From: Octopus vulgaris
Lineage: Eukaryota
Reading direction: 5' to 3'
NCBI GenBank assembly: GCA_951406725.2
Contig: OX597815.1
Span: 151,342,001 to 151,406,000, forward strand
Length of the DNA stretch: 64,000 nucleotides
Shown here: positions 38,311 through 51,688 of the stretch, in pieces
Layout: the number at the start of each line of letters is the position of its first letter
Position numbering within the stretch: position 1 is the stretch's first letter
Position numbers and translations under genes: made by a program
Notes under the pieces: model-generated
What the model saw: the letters and a program-made list of their open reading frames with translations, nothing else
Told to the model about the DNA's origin: nothing
Databases searched by the model: none

Positions 38311-38519
38311 AGAGGACAATCCTGTGGAGTTGCATCTTTTTCATGTCACACTTATATCAGAAGTTGTTAAGTTTCATACATAATAGGCACAGAAGTGGCT
38401 GTGTAGTAAGAAGTTTGCTTCTCAGCCACTTGGTTCTAGGTTCAGTCCTATGGTGCGGCAGCTTGGTCATGTCTTCAACTATAGACTCAGGCCGACCAAA
38501 GCCCTGTGAGTGGATTTGG

Positions 38520-39172
38520 TCAGCTGTGTGAAGAAGTGTCACACCCTAACAGTGGAGGAAGCCTGTGTAGACCCAGGAAGACATGGAATGAGGTAGTGAA
38601 GCTAACCTTCGAACATTGGGCCTCACAGAGGCAATGATAAGTGGCTGAGACATTTGGAAGTATGCTGTGCTTGAGAAGACCCAGCAAGCCAGGTGGGATC
38701 ATAGTCATAGCTGATGCCAGTGTTGCATAATTGACCCGTTTAAAAGCACCCTTCAATAGTTGGTTGATATGTCATGCTTGTGAAGACCTGTTGAACCGAG
38801 TGAAATCATAGTTCTGGCTGATGCCAGTACCGCCTGACTGCCATTCGTGCTGGCATGTAATAAACACCATTCAAGCATGGCTGATATCAGTACTGCCTGA
38901 CAGGCACCTGTGCTGGTGGTATGTAAAAGAACACCATTTGAGTGTGGCTGATGCCAGTGCTGCCTGACTGGCTCCGTGCCGGTGGCATGTAAAAAGCACC
39001 CACTACACTCTTGGAGTGGTTGGCATTAGAAAGAGCATCCAGCTGTAGAAAAAATGCCAAATCAGATTGGAGCCTGGTGTAGCCTCCTGGGTTGCCAGTT
39101 CCCAGTCAAACTGTCCAACCCAATTCTGCATGGAAAATGGACGTTAAATGATGATGACGATGATGATGATGA
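38520..39172 (+). mobile_element. RTE 3' end / family B with expanded internal modules
   Basis: RTE C-terminal relic, then repeated gatgccagt..gcctgactg..gtgc..ggca modules and a (GAT)n tail. Confidence 0.8.
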
Positions 39173-39268
39173 TGGTAATAATCATCATCATCATTTAACA
39201 TCCATTGCCCATGCTGGCATGGCTAAGATGGTATAATATGTATGTATATATATATATATATATATATA

Positions 39269-39781
39269 TTCCATATAAAATTAGTGTACATTTAAACACA
39301 AAAGAAGCGACCTTTAATAGACAGCCTTACATGCTAGACAGAGCAGTCAAAATGACCAAAACCACATTTAAGAGCAGTTTCGAAGGGAATGAAAAATAAA
39401 AACTTTTGCCTTGTTTTTTTACAGTCATACCTAGGTTTCAAACTCTAAAATAATTTTCTCGGTAGAGTTCTCTTCAGTGGCACACCAAAACTTTAACATG
39501 TAATTTAGAGACAGAATAACACATGTTTCATCATTATATATTATAAATTTTCAAATTCACCACATAAGCATGGTTTCAGTCAGCAGAAAACGAAAAAATT
39601 GCCGAATTAATCTTCCGAAATTGGGTGTAAACAAACAAGGTAAAAGTTTTTGTTTTTCATTCCTTTCGAAATTGCTTTTAAATGTAGTTTTGGTAATTTT
39701 GACTGCTCCTTCTGGCATGTAAGGCTACCTGTTAAAGGTCGCCTCTTTGGTGTTTAAATGTACACTAATTTTATATGGAAA
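39269..39781. mobile_element. Inverted-repeat element (about 147-bp arms) with a hammerhead in the spacer
   Basis: ttccatataaaattagtgtacatttaaacac / gtgtttaaatgtacactaattttatatggaa. Confidence 0.8.
39424..39481 (-). ncRNA. Type I hammerhead ribozyme
   Basis: Minus strand: gcca-CTGAAGA-gaactct...agagttt-GAAA-CCTAGG-TA-tgac. Confidence 0.8.
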
Positions 39782-40567
39782 ATATGTTGTCTATTGACTT
39801 TTTATACATGCTAGGCCACTGGTAGTGAAATTTCTACCCTATATTTTATGAATATGTATTGTTAGTGTTAGACACTGCTGCCTGTACTGATATGTCTATA
39901 AGCCATGCGATGACAGACATGCACTCTGTAACTTATTGAATGTGTAGAGATGTGTCGGGGTGTATTCATGTGTGTGTGAGTTTCTATGTGGATGTGTGGG
40001 TTTGGGGTTAGATGTGGATGTGTATGTTTTGCTTGTGCGGTGTGGTGGAGGTCGGGCGGTTCTCAATTGACCAACCGTGAGGAAGATAATGATAATTTTA
40101 AATTCAAATCCAATAGTGTATTTATGTCATAAGGAAAATTGTTAACTGGAACCCGGACATACATATATACCGCTCTGGATCCTAATGTAAGTGTTATTAA
40201 TAATATTATGAATGATAATAATGATAACATTAATGATATTGACAACGATAATGATGCTAACTTTAATGACACTTTAGAAATTATTATGAAGTAATATAAT
40301 GTACTATTGACTATGTATATTTGCATCTAGGTACTAATTTGTGTATGTTTATTATCACAATATTAAGTCGAAAAACTGAGACATTGAATGTGGAACACAT
40401 ATATATGTTTACTAATTTATATTATTTATTTATATCATTATGTAAATGTATATTTTTATATGTATAAGAGTGTGAGTATATGCACTCATATGTATATGTA
40501 TATGTTATATTGTGGGTATGCACCCACACCCATGTGGGTATATATGTAGACTGAATTATATTACATA

Positions 40568-40694
40568 ATCTCCGAAGAGGCCTTATGATATTTTTGTAAA
40601 TGTCTCATTTATATCTATATATTGACCAACCATAAAGGGCTAATATTGGTAAAATGAGACATACTTATCTACATGGCCGAAACAGCTGTAAGAT
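40568..40694 (+). ncRNA. Hammerhead motif (U4C core) with about 100-nt stem II
   Basis: atct-CCGAAGA-ggcc...ggcc-GAAA-CAGCTG-TA-agat; internal helix atgtctcattt / aaatgagacat. Confidence 0.75.
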
Positions 40695-41118
40695 GTAATC
40701 TGTACTTATATTTATATTTACTTATATTTATATTCTCTTTTATATATATTCTACTTATTATACAACATTACTCTTTTATGTACACTTTTTAATGTACATT
40801 CCCTTATGTACACTGATTTGTTCTGCTTTTTATATTTAACCCTACAGTTTTTTATGTGGTGGTTTAATAAAGTATGTGATTGAGTATTATCTGGTAATTG
40901 ATATTTGATTTAGATGTATTTCTCCATTTTCTTATCTTGTATTAGTAATTTGTGGTAAATCATTTTACCTTTGCCCATATAATACAGTAAATGAATTGAT
41001 TGCATCGCAATCATTAACATTTATGTATTAACTTTGTTGGGTACTTCACTAGCAGTATATTGGATATATGTTATCCCATGGATAACCGAGGCAGTATGAC
41101 CGAGAGAAATGAATTATA

Positions 41119-41874
41119 ATATCAACAATTGAAGGTAAAATTAATTAATTAATCAAATTCACCAAGTGTTCAGTATGTAAAAGGACCATTTAAGGCGAAT
41201 TCAAAATATTACATTATATAATTAGGGATTAGTAAAATAAATTACTTTGCCACATACTGAACTTAGTAGAAATAGCAGCCAAAAAAATTTTCTTAGCATT
41301 TCTACTACTTAAAAGAAAATTTCTCTCAGATAATGTTTACTCCAGACAGCCCTTCTCGCGGCTAAAATATAGTGTTTGCTAGATAGACCACGTGGTGGAA
41401 GGGGATTGCAGAGATTTACGCCTGCGCATTTTGAATTTGTTGATACTGTTAGTTGGAGTGGTTCATCTGAAGCGACAAGTTCGCTGATAGGTAAAGTTCC
41501 TTCTTTTTAGTATTTCCAAATCCAAATTAAGAAATTTTGAGCTGACGAAAGAAATGCTGATTTTATTTGGCTAATCTTGAAACGTTGACGTACTCAAACG
41601 ATCTATGTACTTGTGATATTTTTCTGTATTTACCTCCAAACCTTCGTGGGTTGTCTGGAGTAAACATTATCTGAGAGAAATTTTCTTTTAAGTAGTAGAA
41701 ATGCTAAGAAAATTTTTTTGGCTGCTATTTCTACTAAGTTCAGTATGTGGCAAAGTAATTTATTTTACTAAGCCTAATTATATAATGTAATATTTTGAAT
41801 TCGCCTTAAATGGTCCTTTTACATACTGAACACTTGGTGAAATTGATTAATTAATTAATTTTACCCTCAATTGT

Positions 41875-41880
<6 letters not shown>
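41119..41880 (+). mobile_element. PLE-type element with 230-bp inverted arms; diverged relative of 15198-16468
   Basis: Arms 41119-41348 / 41652-41880; shares ttcaccaagtgttcagtatg..ggaccatttaaggcgaattcaaa. Confidence 0.85.
41536..41598 (+). ncRNA. Type I hammerhead ribozyme
   Basis: tttgag-CTGACGA-aaga...tctt-GAAA-CGTTGACG-TA-ctcaaa. Confidence 0.88.
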
Positions 41881-41920
<40 letters not shown>

Positions 41921-42439
41921 GTGTGTGTGTATCTTTATGTCTGTTTGTTCCTCCATCATCGCTTGACAACTGGTGTTGGTGTGTTTACACCCTGGTAACC
42001 TAGCAGTTTGGTAAAAGAGACTGATAGAATAAGTACCAGGATTGAGAAAAAAATAACTCCTGGAGTCAATTTGTTTGACTAAAACCCTTCAAGGCTGTGC
42101 TCCAGCATGGCCGCAATCAAATGACTGAAACAAGTGAAATAATATTGTTACTGAAACATGAAATTAATGTAGAATAGAATTATGTATATCATAACTAGGT
42201 AGCATCCCGGCCTTCCTGAGCTAGTTTTTCACCACGTTCTTTAAAAATCATGGTAGTGGTCTTGGTCTCGGGACCATTCATGCCTAGAAACTGAGGTTGG
42301 GAGTAAGCAAGGGCATGCTCCCTGTAGAAAATTTAGCTTCAAAAAAGCCTCATGATAGCAAGGAGAATGGGCACTAACCAGCCCAAAGGTTGGGGTTGGC
42401 TGCACCTGCTTACCTCAGTTTTTATGGCATTGAGGTGCC

Positions 42440-42687
42440 CCGACTGGCCTTGTGCCGGTGGCATGTAAAAAGCACCATCCGATCGTGGCCGATGCCAGCC
42501 TCGTCTGGCACGTAAAAGCACACACTACACTCATGGAGTGGTTGGCGTTAGGAAGGGCATCCAGCCATAGAAATATTGCCAGACCAGACTGGGCCTGGTG
42601 CAGCCTTCTGGCTTCCCAGACACCAGTGGAACCGTCCAACCCATGCTAGCATGGAAAGCGGACGCTAAATGATGATGATGATGATGA
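42440..42687 (+). mobile_element. Family B element
   Basis: Standard body and (GAT)n tail. Confidence 0.8.
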
Positions 42688-42737
42688 GGTAAATTCAGTC
42701 ACCTCTGTTAATGGGGACAAAACCTGGATTTAAAACA

Positions 42738-42773
<36 letters not shown>

Positions 42774-43584
42774 AACTAATGAAATATGTCACATGGCATA
42801 AGAAAAGTGACTTGAGAATTGTTTGGTTTGTGTCAAGCTCCATTTTTTAATGTGCTTACTCTCCCTAACTTTAGAACCTGGTTATGCTATTATACACCAT
42901 ACTGATGTTTAACATTGACATCATCGTCATTATCATCAACGTTTAACACCTGTCTTCCATGCTAGCATGGGTGGGACAGTTTGATAGGAGGCAGCCAGGC
43001 AGAAGCCTGCACCAGACTTCTGTGACTGTTTTGGCAGGATTTTTACAGCTGGATGCCCTTCTTAATACCAATCACTCAGCAGATAGGACTTAGTGCTTTT
43101 TATGTGGCACAAGCACAAGTGAGGTCTCTTTTGGCAAGGTTTTTACAGCTGAATGCCCTTCCTAACACCAACCACTCAGCTGAGTGGACTTAGTGCTTTT
43201 TTACGTGGCACAAGCACAGGCGAGGTAAGTTTTGGCAAGGTTTTTACAGCTGGATTCCCTTCCAAACACCAACCACTTCACAGTGTGGACTGTGTGCTTT
43301 TAAGTGGCACTTGTACTAATGGGGTCACCGAGTACTTGCAAGATAAAAAAATGGATATGAAAGAAACCATCACCACCTTAATTCGTTATCTATCAAATTC
43401 ACCTCTGTCTTTTACTCATCTCCCTCACTCTAATGAACTTGTCCACCCACCCTTCTTAATTCTTTGTCCATGCTCTCTCCTTCACTCACCATATATCTTG
43501 AGTGTACACTCAGATACCTTGTCATTGCAGGTCATTGTTCTATTGTTCTCCAACCGGATATCTTCCCCCAGTTTTTATATAATG

Positions 43585-43635
<51 letters not shown>

Positions 43636-43684
43636 AACTACTACTACCACCACCACCACCACCACCACCACCACCACCACCACC

Positions 43685-43760
<76 letters not shown>

Positions 43761-43761
43761 T
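43585..43761. repeat. (TAC)n(CAC)n(TAC)n compound microsatellite
   Basis: Direct reading. Confidence 0.95.
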
Positions 43762-43959
43762 CATTATCTTCTTATTTCAATTTTCTTTTCATTTCTTGCA
43801 GAATGTCTTCCCAACATCTAGGGCAAAGATACTCACTGTATACATTAGTAAGCTGTTGAAAGAAACACACCAAATTGTTCATTTATAAAGTTATGTGATA
43901 GAAGAAAAAGGGAAAGAAAGAGGAAGAGAAAAAGGGAAGGAAAAAGAAATCAAAAAATA

Positions 43960-43997
<38 letters not shown>

Positions 43998-44440
43998 GAG
44001 TGAGAGAGCAGTTCATGCCATCAAAGTGACACTGGGGTAAAATATACGAAGCCTAATATACCCATCATGACTACCCGTCTGATAAAGGTACACCAGGCAC
44101 ATGCATCACAACCATATGTGCACGACATGGTGATCTCATATCAAGATAAACAGCACATGACCTTGCAGGTGGGGCCCAGTTAGAATTTTCTTCAGGTTGA
44201 GTAGCCCATCCCGCTCAAACGGTCCCTGAATAAGGGTTGTTTAAGGATGTTGAAAGAACCACCCATGTTTCCAGAGGTGAACTATTCAAACCCCAAAGAA
44301 TCCCTCTCAACACATGGCTATGATGCTCCCCCACTACTTCTGCTCGTGATCAGAGATGCACATATCGTCAGCCACTAAGGGACATGCTCAATTGGTTAAG
44401 GTCAAACAACTGACAAGCAAATCTGTGGTATTGAGCAGAA

Positions 44441-44444
<4 letters not shown>
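43998..44444 (-). mobile_element. 5'-truncated copy of the (AAT)n-targeted 560-bp retroposon
   Basis: Reverse complement of about 6670-7118, within (ATT)n. Confidence 0.85.
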
Positions 44445-44479
<35 letters not shown>

Positions 44480-46108
44480 CATCATCATTATTATTATTAT
44501 TATTCAAAATCTTTATCTTTGTTTAAACATTATCTATAAGTAATGTCACTACTTTTACTATCTTACCCTCCCCTACACCGCTGCCACCATCACCACCACC
44601 ACCACCTCCTCCTCTGTCACTACTACGACCACTGCCGCCACTACCACCTTTGTCGCTATCAGCACCACCACCACCTCTGTGTTTCTGAAAGTCATGAGAG
44701 CTGTGCTGTTTTCTGAAGCTACTTTGTGACCTCACTAGCACTGATGCCATGATGAAGTGCACCCAGTACACTCTGGAAAGTGGTTGACATTAGGAAGGGC
44801 ATCCAAGTATAGAAACCCACACCTAAACAGACATTAGGGGCTCAATGCAGTGCTTTAGCTCTTTGGATCTTGCGGAACCATCCAACCCATGCTAGCATGA
44901 AAGGACACTAAGAAAATGATGATGATGATGGCGATGATGATGATGATAGGGATGATGATGATGATAATGATGATGGTGAGGATGATGTTGGTGGTGGTGG
45001 TGGTGGTGGTGGTAGTGGTGGTAATGATAATGATGATGTTAATGATGATGATGATGATGAAGAGGTGGAGGAGTCGCAGAGCCAAGTTCAGCAGGAAAAG
45101 ACAGTTAGTCACTTGAATCCATCCTCGGTATATTACTGGTACTGCCTGCATAATCAACCCTGGCATAATGAAAAGGCAATGTTGACTTCGATTGGATTTT
45201 TATTTTGAAGGGTAGAATGACAAGATGGAAGCAAATATCACAAGACGACAAAAGTATCTTCTGCCATGTTGTTGTTTCTAAACTGATTCTCTGTGTTTCT
45301 CCTCCAAACGGAATGTTGTGGCACACCTACCTACCTACCTAGCATGTCCTTTAAACCATTCCAACCTTGATGTTCTGTGCATTTTGGTAAGGTGCCAGGG
45401 CTGGGTGGTCTGGTAAATATGTTTCAAATAACACAAGCACTGAAAATAAACAAAAAACAAAAACAGACATTGAGGAAGTGTGGTGGTGGTGGTGATGACG
45501 ATGACGATGATGATGGTGAATAGGAGAAGGAGGAGGAGGAGGAGAAGGAAGAGTAAAAAGAGGAGGTTGGTATTGGTGGTTGTGATAATGAAAATGATGA
45601 TAATGGTGTTGATGGTGGTTATAGTGGTAGTAGTCGTGATAGTGGTGATGGAGGTAGTGTTGAGGTGGTGGTGGTGGTGGTGGTGGTGGTCATGGTGGCA
45701 GCGGTGGTGAGATTGTAAAGGTTGCGATATTACTTGTAGATAATGTTTAAATGAAGATAAAGATTTTGAATAAAAATGATAATAATAATAATCCTTTCTA
45801 CTAAAGGCACAAGGCCTGAAATTTTTGGGGAGGGAACTAGTTGATTACATTGACCCCAATGTTTCACAGCTACTTAATTTATCGACCCTGAAAGGATGAA
45901 AGGCAAAGTTCTAAATTATTATTTATTTTTTGAATCAGGTGAAGACACAAGATGTTGAAATATCGTTCACTAGATAACGATGCACTCTTCTTTTAATTTT
46001 GACTCTATATCTTCAGGAGGAGTTACCTCAATCCCTTATATAGTAATAATAATAATAATAATAATAATGATAATAATAATAATAATAATAATAATGATAA
46101 TAATAATG

Positions 46109-46156
<48 letters not shown>

Positions 46157-46182
46157 GTAATAATAATAATAATAATAATGAT

Positions 46183-46237
<55 letters not shown>

Positions 46238-47328
46238 GGACTGCAAAAATATCTACTTCAGAAGGAAGGAAAACTGATACAAATAGCAGCAAAACACGAA
46301 CAAAACAAAAAACTGTTCTCAGTATTTAAGGAAGCTGACAAATACAAACAAGAAATCATAAATATGAAGAAGAAGAAGAAGAAGAAGATGAAGAAACAAC
46401 AAAAGCTATAAAACAAATGAAATCCAAACTAAAAATAGAACAGCAACGAACCATGATAAAACGATGGCAAGAAAAGCCCCTTCATGGTAAATACTGGACT
46501 AAACTAAATGCAAAAGAAATAGACAAAGAAAAATCCCAGCAATGGTTGAGAAGCTCAGGACTCAAAGCAGAAACAGAGGGATTTTTAATTGCAGCACAGG
46601 ACCAAAAGCCTCCCCACCAGAAATTACAAAAAACATGTAGTGAAAAGAAATATAACAAGTAACTGCAGAATATGTGGAGATGGACAAGAAACAATAAATC
46701 ATATTATCTCTAGCTGCCCAGTCCTGGCTAAGAAGGAATATATTCACAGACATGACAGAGTTGGAACCTACATGACGTTGGAAGCTATGCCAACATTATG
46801 GAATAACAACAGAAAAAAGATGGTATAGGCACACACCAGAAAAGGTCACAGAAAACAAGAAAGCAACCATACTCTGGGATATGCCGATACACACAGATAG
46901 AGAAATTAAGGCCAACAGACCAGATATAGTTGTCAGAGATCATGAAGAAAAAAAATGCTTTCTAATTGATGTATCAATACCGGCAGATGACAACGTGTCT
47001 CTAAAAGAAATGGAGAAACTCTCAAAATACAAAGACATGGAAATAGAGGTAACCAGAATGTGGAATCTAAAAACAGAAACAATTTCTATCATAGTAGGTG
47101 CATTAGGCATGATAAAAAAATATTCAGACAAATACATAACAAAAACACCAGGACTTACAAACACATATAACATACAGAAAATTGCACTACTAGGCACTGC
47201 ACACATCCTACGCAGAACACTTTTCATACAATAACCATCACAGCATCACAACAACTCACAGCACATACCCAAGGAACACAGAGCTGCACTCGGTAGTGAA
47301 GTGAAAGCATGCTATAAAAATAAAACTA

Positions 47329-47332
<4 letters not shown>
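46238..47332 (+). pseudogene. Dong/R4 RLE LINE 3' portion inserted in (AAT)n
   Basis: LKAETEGFLIAAQDQ, CRICGDGQETINHIISSC, HRHD, NRPDIVV...LIDVSIP, EKLSKY, IQKIALLGTAHILRR; (AAT)n on both sides. Confidence 0.92.
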
Positions 47333-47399
<67 letters not shown>

Positions 47400-47407
47400 T
47401 AATAATT

Positions 47408-47678
47408 ATCCTGATGAAGTACCAGGCAATGGCTCTCATGACTTCTGATGTTAATTGATTGGAAGTGTTATCATGTACATTGTTTTGTCTTGGTATAAAA
47501 GATGGGCTACAGCAAATATTCTACTCAATACCATAGATCTGCTTGTCAGTTGTTTGACCTTAACCAGTTGAGCATGTCCCTTAGTGGCTGATGACATGTG
47601 CATCTCTTATCATGAGCAGAGGTAGTAAGGGAGCTACTAGATGTGTTGGGAGGAAGTTCTTTGTGGTTTGAATAATTC
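47408..47678 (+). mobile_element. 5' part of the (AAT)n-targeted 560-bp retroposon
   Basis: tcctgatgaagtaccaggcaatggctctcatg, as at 6560. Confidence 0.8.
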
Positions 47679-48055
47679 ATTGTTACAGACTCATGTTGGA
47701 TTATTCATTTTGCTGGATTAAAAGGAGTAGTAATTCTGTATAAATTCCTAGAAAATTACTGCCACATTAGTCATAAGTTTTTCATCAATAAACCTTTACA
47801 ATATACTTTTGTTCATCCACTAGAAATATGCTATAAAATGGCAAAATCATTACAGTACTAGTATAAACAAAAGTATACTGCAAAAGTTCATAGGCACAGG
47901 AGTGGTTGTGTGGTAAGAAGCTTACTTTCCAACCACATGGTTCGAGGTTCAGCCCCACTGTGTAGCACCCTGGGCAAGTGTCTTCTACCATAACCTCTGG
48001 CTGACCAAAGCTCTGTGAGTGGATTTGGTAGATGGAAACCGAAAAAAGCCAGTTT

Positions 48056-48127
<72 letters not shown>

Positions 48128-48128
48128 C

Positions 48129-48698
48129 AGACATGCAGGAAGTAAATAGACACCTTTAATTTTCAAAATCTTTTATTTGATATTAATTGGTTGAAGGAGA
48201 GGTTTTCTTCTAGCTGCTCGTCCATAATACCCAAGCTTATGCAGATATGTAACACACGTTCTTGGACTAACTTCTAGCTGTTTTGCAATGTCAGAAACCT
48301 TTGAATGGGGTTCGTTTTCCACAATTCTCTTCAAACACCAAAGCTTCCTTTTCCAAGGGCCCAGGTCAGCCAGGACAAGAATCTGTTGATTCTTTTCCTT
48401 GGCTTTTGAATTGCACTATAATTCTATTAACAGTAGCAAGAGGAATTTGAAGATTTTTTCGGCAATTTTTCGCTGGCTAAGACCAGCCTCAGATTGCCCA
48501 ACAATATGACCTCTTTGAAAATGTGACAATTCTGCTGAATTTTTTGTGTGTGGCATGGTTACTCTTTGCAAATGTTTAATATAATGGCACCTAGAATGAA
48601 AAAATAATTACATTGTAAATTCTACACCGCTGAAAACATATTAAGATGCTTAGATCAGACATTTTGAAAATTAAAGGTGTCTATTTACTTCCTGCATG

Positions 48699-48703
<5 letters not shown>
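48129..48703 (-). mobile_element. Internally deleted Tc1-family transposon with transposase N-terminal HTH relic
   Basis: About 42-bp TIRs cagacatgcaggaagtaaatagacacctttaattttcaaaat; minus strand from about 48556 reads MPHTKNSAELSHFQRGHIVGQSEAGLSQRKIAEK. Confidence 0.88.
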
Positions 48704-48747
<44 letters not shown>

Positions 48748-48832
48748 TAAATTTTAATTTTCTTATGAATTTTACATGTTTCGATATATATATATACCAC
48801 ACAACTACTCCTGTGCCTCTATATATATATAA

Positions 48833-48992
48833 GTGCAGGAGTAACTGTGTGGTAAGTAGCTTGCTTTCCAACCACATGGTTCCAGGTTCAGTCCCACTGC
48901 GTGACACCTTGGGCAAGTGTCTTCTACTGTAGCCTCAGCTGACCAAAGCCTTGCAAGTGGATTTGACAGATGGAAACCAAAAGAAGCCTGTT

Positions 48993-49029
<37 letters not shown>

Positions 49030-49245
49030 GATATATATGTATATATATGTAAGTGTGTGTTTGTTATTTGTGTTTGTGTTTGCCCTCCCCACCATTGCTT
49101 GACAACCGATGTTAGTGTGTTTACATCCCTGTAACTTAGCAGTTTTGCAAATGAGACCAATGGAATAAGTTCTGGGGTTGATTTGTTCGGCTAAATGTGG
49201 TGCTTCAGCATGGCCACAGTCATTTGACTGAAACAAGTAAAAGAA
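48833..49245 (+). mobile_element. SINE family A
   Basis: Matches 4023-4440. Confidence 0.85.
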
Positions 49246-50604
49246 TATAAAAAAAGATGGAAAACTTATGAAGTCTGATTAATAGGTATCCAGACTGTTG
49301 CCATAGTAATAAAGCCAAGAGTGAAGCAACTTGGCAAAAATTGACCTTGAACATTGCTGTGCATGTGCATTAAGTTTTAATGTTCTAGCTCACTTCTACT
49401 GTTTACAGCAGTGCTTGGAAGGAAAGTGTGTAGTGTGGGAATTGTCGCATTGATCACGACAGAAAAAGTTGTCATGTTGATACCTGTCATGATGATACCT
49501 GTAGGCACCCACACTCACCCCAGATCATGTCGACTGTAATTTCTACAATTTATGGTTGGAAGATAACTACATTAAAAGTCTATCATAACAGTTACTTTAA
49601 GATTAGGGCCTTGTTTAGACAGTGTGGCACCTGCTATATCTATATCATGTGGGGTGGTGGTTGAGGGTTCATTTAATAGTCACTGTTGAACGGACACACT
49701 TATATGCATATATACTTACGTACATAGAGGCACACATACACACACATGAATACATACAGACACACACACATATATCAACAGTGACAGATAACTTAGTATA
49801 ACTCTATCTTACATAACTAGTCATCGACATTACTGTTAAAAAGTGACACCCATGGAGGAGGGGGCAGACCCCACCCCACCCCACGGGTGGCACTTTTAAA
49901 GGAGCACCACTTTTGGATCTGCTGTAGGCAGTATGTGTCTTTTGTGGAGTTCAGGGGAGGCAAATGGAAAGGCCGCCCTGGGCAGCACACACTCTAGCTA
50001 AACTAGTGTGTTGAAGAAGTATAGAAAACTGATCCAATCCAATCTGGTCATGTTTCTACAGCTGGATGCCTTTCCTAACACCTACCACTCCGAGTGTGTA
50101 GTGGGTGCTTTTTACATGTAGCACCGGCACGAGGGCCAGTCAGGTGGTACTGGCATCGACCATGCTCAAATGGTGCTTTTTACGTGCCACTGGCACGGGA
50201 GCCAGACAAGTAACACTGGCAACGACCACATTTGAATGGTGCTTTTTATGTGCCACCGGCATCATATATACATGTATAGAAGCAGATGTGAGATGAAGGC
50301 ATATTTATATTTTTTCTGATTTTATGTTTGGAGTTCAGATGCCACCAGGGTTGACTTTGCCCTTTCTCTTTTTGGGGTCAATAAAATAAGTCCCAGTTGA
50401 GCCCTGGAGTTTTTGTTATCAACTTGCACGCTCCCCCAAAATTGCTCGCCTTGTACCAAAATTTGAAACCAAATATGAAGGTGCAAATATTCTAATCAAA
50501 ATCTAGTCCCTAACCTCCTTAGCACAGGACCTTCCCTTGAAATGTAGCTGTGAAGGGCATGTTTACCTTTTCCTCTATCATTCCAGGCTTCTGTACTTTC
50601 AGTA

Positions 50605-50830
50605 CAGTAAACCCTTGACTATTGCAGGTGTTACATTCCACCCTACCACCCATGATAAGTGAAAATCTGTAAAGTAGAAACAGTACCGTACTGTATACTT
50701 TTGTTTTATTATTTTTATAATTTGTATATATTTATTATATTATACATTCAAAACAACACCCCAGAGGAATCAATGAAAGCTTAAATAATAAACCGCGATA
50801 AGTGAACCATGACATGGTGAGGGATTACTG
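50605..50830. mobile_element. pogo/Tigger-like MITE
   Basis: ta-cagtaaaccct ... agggattactg-ta. Confidence 0.65.
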
Positions 50831-51292
50831 TAGTGAAATTAGTGAAATTACTTTCCTATTAATTTGCTCTTCCCAGAAAAGGTGTCATTAAAGGTTCAGC
50901 ACATGACATTAGATTTAGATTCAATCATTTATTTACAAATTTTCATATTGTCATATATATGAGTAGGCAAAGTATTTCCTCTTTCATTATATTATATGGA
51001 TGTATTGAACAATAATGTTTCCAGGAAATGTCAATATCCTCATTTACCTTTATCTAGATTACTACTAGTGTCAATTACCTGGAAAATTGCTAGTGTACCT
51101 ACATGCGTGTAAAAATATGTAGGCAAAGGCGTAGCTGTTTGATAAGAAGTTTACTTTCCACCAAACCACATGGTTCGGGGTTCAGTCCCACTTCATGGCA
51201 CCTCGGGATCTGAACTCTGAACATAAAGTGTCACAAGGAGACTGATGCTGTAAAATATTCTATCAATTCATTATTTTTTGAAACCCTTTAAA

Positions 51293-51555
51293 CTGGAGTT
51301 TCTCAATCATTTCTTTTGTTTATAGACCCCTTTGTTTCCTGTTTTACTCAGATAGACACCCCCACCCCTGCAAAGCCATTCCATGTTAAAACAATTATAT
51401 TTCTTAATTAAATATTATTAGAAATTGTATTTAAAAAATTATTAAAATATTTTGTGTATTGTACATGTATAATCAATTTACTGCACATAAGTTTTAACAA
51501 CAAAACCTTATGTGGACCCTTTAAGAGTCATGTGGACCCTAGTTGAGAACCAGTG
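51293..51555. mobile_element. hAT-like MITE
   Basis: ctggagtttctcaatc ... gttgagaaccagtg; related ends at 32971 and 34620. Confidence 0.55.
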
Positions 51556-51688
51556 ATTTAAACCAAGAAATAATAGTTTTTGATTTTGGTACAAACCCAG
51601 CAATTTTGAGTTTGCTTGATTAAATTGGCCCCAGAACTTGATTGGTACTTTATTTCATGAATATGAGAGAAATAAAAAGCAAAGTGAG

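Noticed and set aside
42190-42225. Possible Helitron terminus (actag plus short GC-rich segment)
   Set aside because: Too short and degenerate, with no second copy in the window.
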